A stretch of DNA of 64,000 nt from a virus. Taxonomy: Duplodnaviria; Caudoviricetes. Where the stretch lies: IMG/VR virus record IMGVR_UViG_3300037067_010363, positions 4,609 through 68,608 of that record. One strand, 5' to 3'. Positions 8,056 through 18,500 of this stretch are shown in pieces (positions within the stretch are counted from its first letter, which is position 1; each line of letters opens with the position of its first letter). A program made the translations under genes and the position numbers. A model generated the notes under the pieces. That model made no database searches, had not been told where the DNA came from, and saw nothing but the letters and a program-made list of their open reading frames with translations.

Positions 8056-8889
8056 ATGAGTACAAAAACATTAGAATTTAAAGAAAAAGCTAATGAAATT
8101 TTATCATTAGATGAATTAAGATTATCTGTAAAAGCAAAAGAAGCAGGTATTAATAGAAATTTAGAACATTATCAAGTTTTTGATAAAGTAATTGATTTAC
8201 TTGCTAAAAACAATATTAATTACACTCCTTTGCCTATTCATGTTTCATCTAGTGGAAGTAAGTTAATAGAAATAGCTGAAAAATATGTTGGAGAAAAAAA
8301 TATCAAGGCTTGGTATTTAGATAAAATTACTGGAATAATTACTTTAGATGATATGAAAGATAATATTTCCGTTCCTAGAATAAATATAGAATATAATGAA
8401 AGAGGTATCAATATAGCTTTTGGCAAACATGTATTGATTTGTTCTAATGGTATGACTGCTTTTAAAGGTGATATGTTTTCTACTTTTGGCTCCGATAAAG
8501 TTCCTTTTGAAAAAGGATTAGAAATGATTAAAGGATGGATTCTTGAATTAGATACCAAAAATAAAATCTATGATAATCTTATTGCTCAAATGAACACAAT
8601 AGATATAAATTATGAAGAAATACCTAATATAATAGGTTCTCTTGAATTAGGAGCAGTAGAACAAGCATATCTTAATGGTCCTCCTTCTCCTTTTAATATT
8701 TCCCAAGTATCTACATTAAGTAGAAACATTATCAAAGAAATGAAGAAAGGTAATGAATTTAAAAATGTATGGGATTTGTATAATTTAGGTACGTGGATTC
8801 AAAAACCTGATCAAATGGATATGGCAACAATTAATCAAAACAACTATCTATTTACTAAATTAATTATAGACAAGTATAATTTAAATTAA
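8056..8889 (+). CDS. DUF932/DUF3871-like protein
   Basis: IAFGKHVLICSNGM motif and C-terminal NVWDLYN..T. Confidence 0.6.
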   Translation: MSTKTLEFKEKANEILSLDELRLSVKAKEAGINRNLEHYQVFDKVIDLLAKNNINYTPLPIHVSSSGSKLIEIAEKYVGEKNIKAWYLDKITGIITLDDMKDNISVPRINIEYNERGINIAFGKHVLICSNGMTAFKGDMFSTFGSDKVPFEKGLEMIKGWILELDTKNKIYDNLIAQMNTIDINYEEIPNIIGSLELGAVEQAYLNGPPSPFNISQVSTLSRNIIKEMKKGNEFKNVWDLYNLGTWIQKPDQMDMATINQNNYLFTKLIIDKYNLN

Positions 8890-8900
8890 TTATTAACACA

Positions 8901-8934
8901 AAGGGAGTAAGTTAAATCTTACTCCCTTATTATT
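8901..8934 (+). terminator. Intrinsic terminator
   Basis: AAGGGAGTAAG-ttaaat-CTTACTCCCTT, a perfect 11-bp stem followed by ATTATTT, just after the 8889 stop. Confidence 0.75.
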
Positions 8935-8945
8935 TATAGTGAATT

Positions 8946-9203
8946 ATGAAATATTATGATAATAAGCATCCATTAGTAGATGTTAAATACATGGAAGATG
9001 GTAAAGTATTCCAAGCTATAGAGATAGACGATAATAAAATTTTGACTATGGAAATTACTTGTGGTGACTATCCTGATACTACATATTTAATATATGATAG
9101 TAAAAAAGATTTTGTTGAAAGTACAATATGGCATGATTGGATTATTTGTGGAATTAAAAACAAAAATTTATTAAATGAAGTATTAATTAAAACTAATAAC
9201 TAA
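8946..9203 (+). CDS. Hypothetical protein
   Basis: 85-aa ORF, AATT-ATG start. Confidence 0.65.
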   Translation: MKYYDNKHPLVDVKYMEDGKVFQAIEIDDNKILTMEITCGDYPDTTYLIYDSKKDFVESTIWHDWIICGIKNKNLLNEVLIKTNN

Positions 9204-9205
9204 TT

Positions 9206-9406
9206 ATGGTAAAAATTAATGAAGTTGAAATAGCTACTATGTTAGCAAATTATGAAATACAAGACATTGTTGGACACAATATAAAAATTTATGAATCAGA
9301 TAAAGATAATCCTGACACAAATATTCTCAAAGAAATATATAAAGATTTATTTAATGATAAATATGAATACTTTTATAATATTTTAATAAGATATAATTAT
9401 GAATAA
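9206..9406 (+). CDS. Hypothetical protein
   Basis: 66-aa ORF, AATT-ATG start. Confidence 0.6.
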   Translation: MVKINEVEIATMLANYEIQDIVGHNIKIYESDKDNPDTNILKEIYKDLFNDKYEYFYNILIRYNYE

Positions 9407-9614
9407 AATATATTACATATTAATTACAGATGTATGGCAATCGAATTCATCTTCAGAATTGTATTGTGTATATGACAACATAGATACAGCAAATATAGAA
9501 TATAATAGATTATGCAATACTATAGATGAAACAGATAATTGTGTCATAATGTATGAATATACATTAAATGAAAAAGATTCAGAAATTAAATTAAAATCAA
9601 ATACAGGATATTAA
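9399..9614 (+). CDS. Hypothetical protein
   Basis: 71-aa ORF overlapping the previous gene. Confidence 0.6.
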   Translation: MNKIYYILITDVWQSNSSSELYCVYDNIDTANIEYNRLCNTIDETDNCVIMYEYTLNEKDSEIKLKSNTGY

Positions 9615-9625
9615 ATCTTATAATT

Positions 9626-9844
9626 ATGTCTCAAATAAATGTTAAACCGATAATAAATTGGATTAGGTTACTGAAAGGTAATGATATTGTACCAAAACAA
9701 CCTCCTGTTACACATAAATATAAACTTGATATAATTGGTGGTACTGCTTATTTTAATTCACAACAACAGATGGATGAATGGAAGTCTAAATATAATAAAA
9801 TATACAAAAATAAATATTCTTTAAATACTAATATTTATGAATGA
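9626..9844 (+). CDS. Hypothetical protein
   Basis: 72-aa ORF, AATT-ATG start. Confidence 0.6.
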   Translation: MSQINVKPIINWIRLLKGNDIVPKQPPVTHKYKLDIIGGTAYFNSQQQMDEWKSKYNKIYKNKYSLNTNIYE

Positions 9845-10271
9845 AGAAGATTATAAAGATTTAATCAAACATTGGTTTACTAGATATTCTAATAACTTTG
9901 GACAAAATGCTAATATGTTTCTTAAAGATTTATTAATTAAATCTAACTTAGAAAACCCTCAAACAATATTAATAGAAAATATAAGAGAATTAGTTTTAGT
10001 TACAGAGTTAATTACTAAAGACCAATTAATGCAATATTCACGCAAAAGAGATATATCTGTTCAACCAAGACAGATATATGCTCATTTACTTATTAAATAT
10101 ATTAAAGGATATTCATTAAATAAATTAGGGACATATGTAAGAAATAAACCATATATACATTGTGATATGATTCATTGTAATAAAGTAATTGAAAATTTAT
10201 GTTCATATAATAACAATTTTAAAGTCAAAATAGAAAATTATTATAATATTATAGATTCATGGAAAATATAA
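9837..10271 (+). CDS. DnaA C-terminal (domain IV) HTH-like protein
   Basis: SRKRDISVQPRQIYAHLLIKY...YSLNKLG...HCDMIHCNKVI parallels DnaA SRKREIVxPRQIAMYL...SLxEIG...DHTTVLH. Confidence 0.65.
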   Translation: MNEEDYKDLIKHWFTRYSNNFGQNANMFLKDLLIKSNLENPQTILIENIRELVLVTELITKDQLMQYSRKRDISVQPRQIYAHLLIKYIKGYSLNKLGTYVRNKPYIHCDMIHCNKVIENLCSYNNNFKVKIENYYNIIDSWKI

Positions 10272-10891
10272 CTACTCAACAATTCTTCGAGTATTCATAC
10301 ATTCAAAATACACAAATACTCAAAGAATTAAGGACAATGATACAAGAAAGAAAGGCATATTTCTTACCAGGGAATGTGCCTTCCCTTAAAAATAGTAAAG
10401 AGATAAAACAAATCTTCACTAAAATGTCCTCTTGTTGTTATAGAAAAGGTGGTCTTCGATATAAAGATACAAATGGTGTATGGAGATGTACTATTTGCAA
10501 TAATCCAGCGGCTATGCATACTAAAGCTATTCTTTCTCCTTCTGATAATGCTTTAAAATATCAAGAACAAATGGTCCCTTTTTTTAAAGTTTTAAAAGGA
10601 TTATTTAAAGAATGGATTAAAGATAGAAAATATCCTTTACCGATTGCATTTTATTTTATAAGAGACCAATATAGAATATTTGATTATGGTAATGCATCAG
10701 AAATATTACAAGATGAAATGGTACATAATGATGTTATCGAAGATGATAATATGAAATTTATTATACCTGAATATTTAGGGTGCCATTATAATAAAAATAA
10801 TCCTGGTGTAGTTATTTGTCTTATGACTGAAACTTTATATCGACTTAAAATAGAAAATTTATTTAATCATACAAATAATGATTTATTTTGA
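10259..10891 (+). CDS. RusA-like Holliday junction resolvase with zinc-ribbon-like insert
   Basis: PGNVPSLKNSK start; FYFIRDQYRIFDYGNASEILQDEM...IEDDN catalytic region. Confidence 0.6.
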   Translation: MENITTQQFFEYSYIQNTQILKELRTMIQERKAYFLPGNVPSLKNSKEIKQIFTKMSSCCYRKGGLRYKDTNGVWRCTICNNPAAMHTKAILSPSDNALKYQEQMVPFFKVLKGLFKEWIKDRKYPLPIAFYFIRDQYRIFDYGNASEILQDEMVHNDVIEDDNMKFIIPEYLGCHYNKNNPGVVICLMTETLYRLKIENLFNHTNNDLF

Positions 10892-11084
10892 ATTTATAAA
10901 GCCTAAATACTTTAATTATATATTTAAAGAAAATAACACCTTTAATATGCCTGTTAATATAATGTATAAAGGGTATTTTGACGATGTTACAATAGATAGT
11001 GATATAATATATATTTATTCATTAGAATTAAAATATAGAATTAATAGTAAGGAAATAGAACTATTTAAATTTATACCCAATTAA
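10878..11084 (+). CDS. Hypothetical protein
   Basis: 68-aa ORF. Confidence 0.5.
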   Translation: MIYFEFIKPKYFNYIFKENNTFNMPVNIMYKGYFDDVTIDSDIIYIYSLELKYRINSKEIELFKFIPN

Positions 11085-11096
11085 TTATTTTCCAAT

Positions 11097-11414
11097 ATGA
11101 ACACAATAAAAACAAATTTATGTGAATTTACTTTTAATAAAAATTATTATATATTGATTAGTAATAATGGTAATCATCATAATAATAATAGAATATGGAA
11201 TGTTTATTCAAATGGATTTAATACCAAAAAAAAAGCATTAAATGAATTAAATCATCTTAAAGCAGAAAATGACGACATGAAATATGGATTAACTTATAGT
11301 CAAATAGTTACACCTAATGAATTAATAGAAATTATAAACTCTGACAACAAAGTAAATATTATTAATTGCTATGATATAGCTTATTCAAATAATTCAAATT
11401 TAATATCTAAATAA
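11097..11414 (+). CDS. Hypothetical protein
   Basis: 105-aa ORF. Confidence 0.6.
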   Translation: MNTIKTNLCEFTFNKNYYILISNNGNHHNNNRIWNVYSNGFNTKKKALNELNHLKAENDDMKYGLTYSQIVTPNELIEIINSDNKVNIINCYDIAYSNNSNLISK

Positions 11415-11421
11415 TTACAAC

Positions 11422-11522
11422 ATGGACATTATTGATACAAGTGATCTTATTAAAGAAAGAGATGATTGCAAACAAACAGTAGTAAATATGACGGGAACAC
11501 TTATTATTATTTAAATACATGA
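11422..11522 (+). pseudogene. Probable internally deleted gene remnant
   Basis: MDIIDTSDLIKERDDCKQ in one frame; YDGNTYYYLNT* in another, with its TGA overlapping the next ATG (ATGA). Confidence 0.35.
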
Positions 11523-11851
11523 AAATACACACTAAATTATATATGAAACATTTTAATCTTCATGAAGGAGATTATGTATATAGTGAAATATCAGGATTAC
11601 CTTGTACAGATATTCATCATATAGACAATAAAGGTATGGGAGGAAGTAATAATAAAGATTATATAGAAAATTTAATTGCATTAACAAGAGAAGAACATGA
11701 ATTATGTCATAAACATAAATCTATAAATGATTATGCTAAAATTGTTCATGAATATTTCTTAAAGAATAATCCTTATAATAATCCCGAAGATTCTGTTTAT
11801 TTTAACAAATTATTCAATTTGAATATATCAAAGATAAAATTACTTACTTAA
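11519..11851 (+). CDS. HNH-motif nuclease-like protein
   Basis: DIHHIDNKGMGG...ENLIALTREEHELCH. Confidence 0.7.
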   Translation: MKIHTKLYMKHFNLHEGDYVYSEISGLPCTDIHHIDNKGMGGSNNKDYIENLIALTREEHELCHKHKSINDYAKIVHEYFLKNNPYNNPEDSVYFNKLFNLNISKIKLLT

Positions 11852-11873
11852 TTATTTATTTATTTGAACTATT

Positions 11874-11908
11874 AAGGGGTGAGACCATAACAGTCTCCCC
11901 CTTTTTTT
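11874..11908. terminator. Probable bidirectional terminator at the convergence of the early and late blocks
   Basis: AAGGGG(T)GAGAC-cataaca-GTCTCCCCCTT followed by a T run; sits exactly where + genes meet - genes. Confidence 0.75.
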
Positions 11909-12696
11909 TAATCTAATATTTTATAACCTATTACTTGACATTCTAATCTACCAATTGTAATAGATGAATAATCATCAGTATCACCAGTTATAGCTGTTTT
12001 TATATTTACTGTCAAATCATTTCCTGCTGTATATGTAGGTCTTGCTCCTGCATAACATGGGTAAGAAGCTATAGGCGTTACATCTCCTGAATTAGGATTA
12101 AATTCATCTATATAATTAACATAAGCTAATGTATCTTTCAAATCAACTATTATTACATATTTGTGAAATTCTGCTGCAGGCTCACCATCAGAACCTTTAA
12201 TCATATTAAAAGTAATTGTTCGTGTACTTGAAAATGTTAATGTTATAATTATTTGATTAATATTTTCTGATTCATAAATTGTACTACCAGCAAGTATTGT
12301 AAATATTAATCTATTATCTTTTTTTATATAATCTCCAGGTATAGTTATTGTTCTATCACAAGGATCATCTTTTGAATATCCTCTACCATCAGTATTTTCA
12401 CATAATAATTCTATACCATTAGGTAATTGATGAGGTTGAACAAATCTTCTAAAACCATCTCCAAAACCTTCATATGTTTTTCTATTTATAACATCTTCAT
12501 CAGAAGCTATCTTTCCATGTCCTGCATTAATAAGTGATGCTGTATTATCACTATTAGCACTAAATAATATACTTTCAAATAAATATTTAAAAGCATTATC
12601 ATCAGGTTTATTACCCTTACGAAATTTCTTATATGAAGAACCTATTGGTAATGTTATATCCCAGAAATAGCTTCTTAATTTTCTAGTTAAAGACAT
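11908..12696 (-). CDS. Putative tail fibre/spike protein
   Basis: N-terminal about 90 aa paralogous to the 397-aa neighbour (RSYF...YKKF..GNKPD...F.YLF.SI...VQPHQLP). Confidence 0.55.
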   Translation of the reverse strand: MSLTRKLRSYFWDITLPIGSSYKKFRKGNKPDDNAFKYLFESILFSANSDNTASLINAGHGKIASDEDVINRKTYEGFGDGFRRFVQPHQLPNGIELLCENTDGRGYSKDDPCDRTITIPGDYIKKDNRLIFTILAGSTIYESENINQIIITLTFSSTRTITFNMIKGSDGEPAAEFHKYVIIVDLKDTLAYVNYIDEFNPNSGDVTPIASYPCYAGARPTYTAGNDLTVNIKTAITGDTDDYSSITIGRLECQVIGYKILD

Positions 12697-12715
12697 ATTG
12701 TTATTTATTTATTGT

Positions 12716-13909
12716 TTATAATTCACTTCCTGGAATTCCTACATATGCACAATAACATACCACAAATGATAATGGTTTATTGTCTATTGTATTTGCTGTA
12801 TCATCGTCTGAATACTCTGTTCTATGCTTATCTTCATTAAGCTGGTCATTTACAGTATGAGAATGTTCACCTGATTTAGTTGTATTAAATGTACCAGATG
12901 CTGTACCTGATGTTGCTACTCCAACTCCAGTTTCACCATTTTCTGCTGAAATAGTATGAATATGGTCAGAGCCTGTGTCGTTAATAGTAATGTCTATTTC
13001 AAAATTATCATCTGTAAGTTCATGATAATGGTCTTTTAATGGAACATCGTCTTGTGTTAATGTATATGAATTTTTTCCAATAGTTTGTAAAGGAAATAAA
13101 CTTAAATTATTGAACCCTTTTGACAATAATGATTCACTTCCTATTCCAATAGGGTATTTTGTTCTTGTATCTACAATATACCCATTATATCCTGTAAATC
13201 GACTTAATAATGATGAATCTGCTCCTGCAGTTAATAATGTAGATACACTTTGATTCATTAATATAATCCAACCTTCCCAATCTGTATCTTTTCTACCTAT
13301 TCCATCAACATCAAAAGCAAAACTTGTATCTCCTAATCCTTTATTAGAATAAGAATACATTTTTATTTCTCCTAATTTACCATTAACATTTGTCTGTAAT
13401 GATTCTACATCTTCTTCTAATTCTGTTATAGTATCATTAGATTCTATTTGATTATCTATAGCTATATTTAATTCCTCAGCATCAATATTCAATATATATG
13501 TATTATCTTCTTCAGTTATAGTTAATATATCACTATTACTATATATGTTTAAATCTAAAGATACTTCATAATTTGCCCCTATTCCACCAGTTGATCTTTC
13601 AACTTCACTTTTTGTAAGAGATATATATTTTCCTGCTGTTATACTAGGTAATTGATGTGGTTGTACAACTAAGGAATAACTATCTATATCTTTAGTTGAA
13701 TCTAATGCATAAGTTTTTGCATCTGTTGATAGTTTACAAAAGCCTTGCATAGATGTTGTAGCAGTATCATCACTGTTTTTTAAAAATCCAATAGAATCAA
13801 ACAAATAACTAAACATTCTTTTATCCGGTTTATTACCAGTTGAAAATTTCTTATAAGATTCTCCATCGGGTCCAAAGAAATAACTTCTTAATCTTCTTGT
13901 TATTGACAT
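12716..13909 (-). CDS. Tail fibre with tail-collar-like domain
   Basis: LGEIKMYS...EGWII...DTRTKYPIG...G...TLT..DVP...HYH...HSHT...DNKPLSFVVCY is a collar and fibre-tip pattern. Confidence 0.65.
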   Translation of the reverse strand: MSITRRLRSYFFGPDGESYKKFSTGNKPDKRMFSYLFDSIGFLKNSDDTATTSMQGFCKLSTDAKTYALDSTKDIDSYSLVVQPHQLPSITAGKYISLTKSEVERSTGGIGANYEVSLDLNIYSNSDILTITEEDNTYILNIDAEELNIAIDNQIESNDTITELEEDVESLQTNVNGKLGEIKMYSYSNKGLGDTSFAFDVDGIGRKDTDWEGWIILMNQSVSTLLTAGADSSLLSRFTGYNGYIVDTRTKYPIGIGSESLLSKGFNNLSLFPLQTIGKNSYTLTQDDVPLKDHYHELTDDNFEIDITINDTGSDHIHTISAENGETGVGVATSGTASGTFNTTKSGEHSHTVNDQLNEDKHRTEYSDDDTANTIDNKPLSFVVCYCAYVGIPGSEL

Positions 13910-13912
13910 ATT

Positions 13913-14401
13913 TTATCGTATTATAAAAACATTATTACTAGTTAAACAATTACTATCATTATAGTCTATAGACATATAACTTATTCCTGTTTTTTCTTCT
14001 ACATCAGGATTTACTGAAAACATATCTAATATAGGTTGTATATCATATCCTGTACCAATACAACTAAAATGTTTTTGAATACAATCAATATCATATTTAT
14101 CTGCATAATAGGCATTGCCTAAATCATTACCACAACCTCCATTTAATACACTTAATCTTGAATCATTTTCTCTTTCTAACTTAATTATTATCATTAATCC
14201 TAATAAATAATTAAAGTCATTTAAAATATTATATAAATGCTCTGTATCTTTTCCAAACATTTCAGATGAATAAATTTCTGATAATAATTTATTAGTATTA
14301 ACTTTTACTTTACTATAATATTCGGAAAACATAATTTCTATTTCTGTATTATCTATTTTATGAAATTCCGGATTATGAAAAGGATTTAATATATCTATCA
14401 T
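13913..14401 (-). CDS. Putative tail structural protein
   Basis: Position in the tail module; contains several Cys. Confidence 0.55.
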   Translation of the reverse strand: MIDILNPFHNPEFHKIDNTEIEIMFSEYYSKVKVNTNKLLSEIYSSEMFGKDTEHLYNILNDFNYLLGLMIIIKLERENDSRLSVLNGGCGNDLGNAYYADKYDIDCIQKHFSCIGTGYDIQPILDMFSVNPDVEEKTGISYMSIDYNDSNCLTSNNVFIIR

Positions 14402-14405
14402 AATT

Positions 14406-15506
14406 TTAACAATTACAAGGTTTATAACTTCCTGATGTATTAGTAGTATTAGTGGTTAAGATTTGCCATGCTCCTTGACATAGTTCGCATCTTTCTAATA
14501 TATCTTCTATCTTTTCAAATATTAAATCTATCTGTTCTGCCATAGTATCTCTTGTTTCGTCAATATCAAAAATACCAAAATATGTTACATATTCTTCATT
14601 TATAGAAGCTAACAATAAAGGATATAAAGCTATCATCTGATTTAATACTTGTCTTTGTCTATTCTTTTTAGCTATAACATCTGCATCACAATTATCACAA
14701 CATGGGTCATATGAATTACACAATACTGATTTTACTAAATATGTAAAACATTCTTTTAAATGACAATATTCATATATAGGAATATCTGCTACTGTTGTAG
14801 TATATTCTTCAAGTTCAAAATTATTTAGACTGTTTTGTTCTATAGTAATTCTGTAAACACCATCAGCATTTAATGTAAAATCAACATATTCTGTACTAAA
14901 TTCTGTTGCTTCAATAACTACTTCATCTTCTCTATAATTAAATACTGTATATCTCTTTAAATAATCATTTTCTGAATAATCATACAATCTTCTATTACCA
15001 TTACATTCCAGTAATACTACTTCATAATCTGCATGAGGAAATACACTTTCATAAACTGTTGATGATTCTAAATTATCTGCTTCTGCAAATAATAATGACA
15101 ATTCATCATTTTCATCTATCAAAATCCATTCTGTGCCTGTACCAGGTTCTTCAGTTGTACTTTGTCCTGCAACATAAAAATTATTTTCATAATAAACTAT
15201 TTGATTTGTAGTATATGTAATTCCTGTTTCCCACAATGGACACCAATAAGCTATTATTTCATAATTTTTTCTTGTATTAGTTATACCTATTTCCCATTCA
15301 CCATTTGTATCATCTGTACCTGGATTAGATAAATCATTCGATGTTACATCTTCTTCATATGTACCATTTCCTGCATCTATCTTTACTATTAATGCAATAC
15401 CATAATCACCTCTTACTGTAGGTGTAGAATACACACTTAAATCAACAACTGATATGATGTTTTCAGTTGTAGTTTGATTCGATTGAATTTCTTGTATTAG
15501 TGCCAT
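14406..15506 (-). CDS. Putative tail hub/structural protein with Cys-rich C-terminus
   Basis: Acidic, beta-rich N-half; C-terminal CHLKEC...LCNSYDPCCDNC...CELC...PCNC. Confidence 0.55.
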   Translation of the reverse strand: MALIQEIQSNQTTTENIISVVDLSVYSTPTVRGDYGIALIVKIDAGNGTYEEDVTSNDLSNPGTDDTNGEWEIGITNTRKNYEIIAYWCPLWETGITYTTNQIVYYENNFYVAGQSTTEEPGTGTEWILIDENDELSLLFAEADNLESSTVYESVFPHADYEVVLLECNGNRRLYDYSENDYLKRYTVFNYREDEVVIEATEFSTEYVDFTLNADGVYRITIEQNSLNNFELEEYTTTVADIPIYEYCHLKECFTYLVKSVLCNSYDPCCDNCDADVIAKKNRQRQVLNQMIALYPLLLASINEEYVTYFGIFDIDETRDTMAEQIDLIFEKIEDILERCELCQGAWQILTTNTTNTSGSYKPCNC

Positions 15507-15507
15507 T

Positions 15508-18500
15508 TTATTCTTTATTTAAATTTATTAAAGGTATGAAATTTCTTGTTAATCCTATTTTTTTGAATATTTTTTCTACTGAAGGATTAAATGTTGCATT
15601 TATCAGGTCACTATAAATAGATAATGAAGGTAAAGGATTTTTAGAGAAGATTTCTGCTACTGTAGGACCAATAGTTATATCAGAATATATCCATGCAAAT
15701 TTATCATCATCATCATCAAATCCCCCTTTTATTAATGCATACAATAATACCATTAGTGACATTTGTACACTTAATTTAGCATTATTAAACTTGGTAATTT
15801 GTGATAACTCTTTATATGATTTATGCTGAACAAAAAGAGTATCAACAGTAGTCCAAAAACTTTGCCATACACCTTCTATTTCCAATAACTCTTTTGTACT
15901 AATCCAATTACCATTTTCATCTTTTATTGCTTTATATGCTACTCCTTGTGTTGTATTTCTTTTTCCTGCAAATAATCCTGCATTTTCTAATTTTGTTAAT
16001 TGAAACATTCTAAATTGAGATATTAATACTCCTATTGTAGTATGTCCTAATAAATTTTTAGATTTACTGTCCATGTTGCCAATAATAAATTTATCTGCAA
16101 ACCATTTTAGTGTCCCATCTACTAATGTATCGTCTAATCCTACAGGAAATACTGTATCTTCATTTGTCATTTGTCCTTGGTCTATTAATCTTTCTTTTAA
16201 CGATTGCACTAAAACATGTTTACCATTGGCTTCATCTATATGACCATCTACTGAATACATACCATCTTTTGTAATATCATAATCTATTTCTCCTGTCTGT
16301 TCATTATATGTATATGCATCCCATGATTTATATTTCATTAATACAGCTGCCATAGATATTAACCTTGCTCCCATATCTGTCCCACTATTTAAAATATGTG
16401 CATATGTTGCATCCCACCAATTCCTGCTTGTTTTATTTATTAATGGATTGCTTATCATATCTCTTTCAGTCCTATTAATTAAACCAAATTTCTTTCCTAA
16501 TTCTATTAATTTTTTAGTTTCCGGATTATATCCTGTTATTCCTTTTATTAACACTTCCTGTGCTTTTAGCAAATCAATTATACCCGGCAATGCTATATTA
16601 CTTTTACTTGCACCTGATAAAGAAGATGCTAATCCATTAATAAACATTGATAGCTCATTATATATCAAAGATTTTACTCCTGTTGTAACAGAATATCCTA
16701 ATACAAAAAATGATGATGTATGTACTAATGATTTAACAATTTTACTTATATCAGTTGTCCCTCCTACAGTAATACCTTTTTTAATAATATTACCTTTTTC
16801 ATCTTTCTTCCTACCTAATATAATTGGTGTTGACTTAACAATAAGTCTTTCATCAGCATCCCTAGATAATATATTTCTTTTGTAATAATCTTTTACATAT
16901 TGAATAGAATTTTTCAAATCTATATCAGTTGTATTTTCATACATTTTTAATATAGACAAAACCGAATTATAAGCAGGAATTACTCTATTTTCTATATCTA
17001 TTTTTCTTTCTATACTCAAAGTTATGTGATTATATATTGTCTCTAAATTTGTTGACATCATATTATTAGCATTTTCATCCTTCAATATATAAACAGTATT
17101 ATTAGGAGTTGAATTAACGTGGTCAATAATAAGTCCTGCATTATAAAACAATCTATCTTGATTTAATTGATTTAAAATATATGAACTAATATCATCTTTT
17201 ATATCTGATTTTTTACGCTCCTGCTTATTTATAGTTTCATCTAATATAATAGATGTGTTTCCTGTTTGTGATAAATATCTTTGCCATGCATTACTTGCAT
17301 TACCACTAAACAATAATTCATTAACACTCTTTTGCAATACTATTACATTACCTTTTATATATCCAGAAGCATATAATGCATCCATAACATTTTCTTTCGT
17401 TACTTTACTTGTGCCATCAGGATTCATATAGCGAGGTTGTTTGCTTAATGTATGTTCAAAACATTTAATATATTCATTTTCTAGTTGATTAACTAATTTC
17501 TCTGTAAATGCTAAATCCTCCTTACTGATATATCCAGTATCAACTAATTTTTTAGTTTCAGGATCATCAATAGTATAATGTAAAATAGGTAAAGTTACTT
17601 CTACAAATTTATTTGTTCCTTGTATTTGAACATTTTTCTTTTTAAACATATGTTTAAATATATCAGAACCATTTGACTTTATTAAAGATAATATTGAATA
17701 TTTACTACCATTTCTTGATATAAATGATTCAAGTTCTGTCATTATTTCTTTCTTTAATTTAATAACATTTCTAACAGTAGCTTTTTCTTGTGAAAACATA
17801 ATATCTCTTAACCATTGAAGATTTTCATCAGATAACATATGAGAAGATTGTAATGATTTTTGCAAAGCTGACATATCTTCAATATCATTTATTGTCCCAT
17901 TAAAATTATAATCTAATTCTTTTAGTGCTAATGCAGTATCTATAAATTCTTGACTATGCAAATATTCATCTCCTTTATATTGGGATTGAAGATATGTTAA
18001 TCTATTTCTTAATATCCTTTTAATATCATTTATATTTAAATTAGAATCTAACACTTTTAATTGTTCAGCCATAAACTTTTCTTTTGCTGTTGACAATTTG
18101 CCATTTGTAATTGATTCTTTAATATGTTGCTTTAATATCGTAAAATAGGATTGCTTATATTCATATTCATATACTGATTTGTTATTTAATAATGATTTTA
18201 TATCTTCATTAATAATAAAATTTTGTAATATTTTATTATCGGCTACTAATTTAATTTGTCTTATTAACGAATTAATATCATAAGCCATTTTATTATTTAT
18301 TTTATTATTATTTATTGACATAACACCAACATTATTAAACCTTATAGTTGGCTTATTATCTTTTAATGACATCTGCATCATCTTCATCATTGTTACACCT
18401 AACATAAATAATCTTATATCTTCATCATGATTTGATAATTTCAACCCTCTTACATCTGATTCAGAATCATTTTCTAAAATAGATAATATCTTATTGTCAT

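Noticed and set aside
6940-8558. Minus-strand ORFs 6940..7122 and 8238..8558
   Set aside because: Antisense to well-supported + strand genes.
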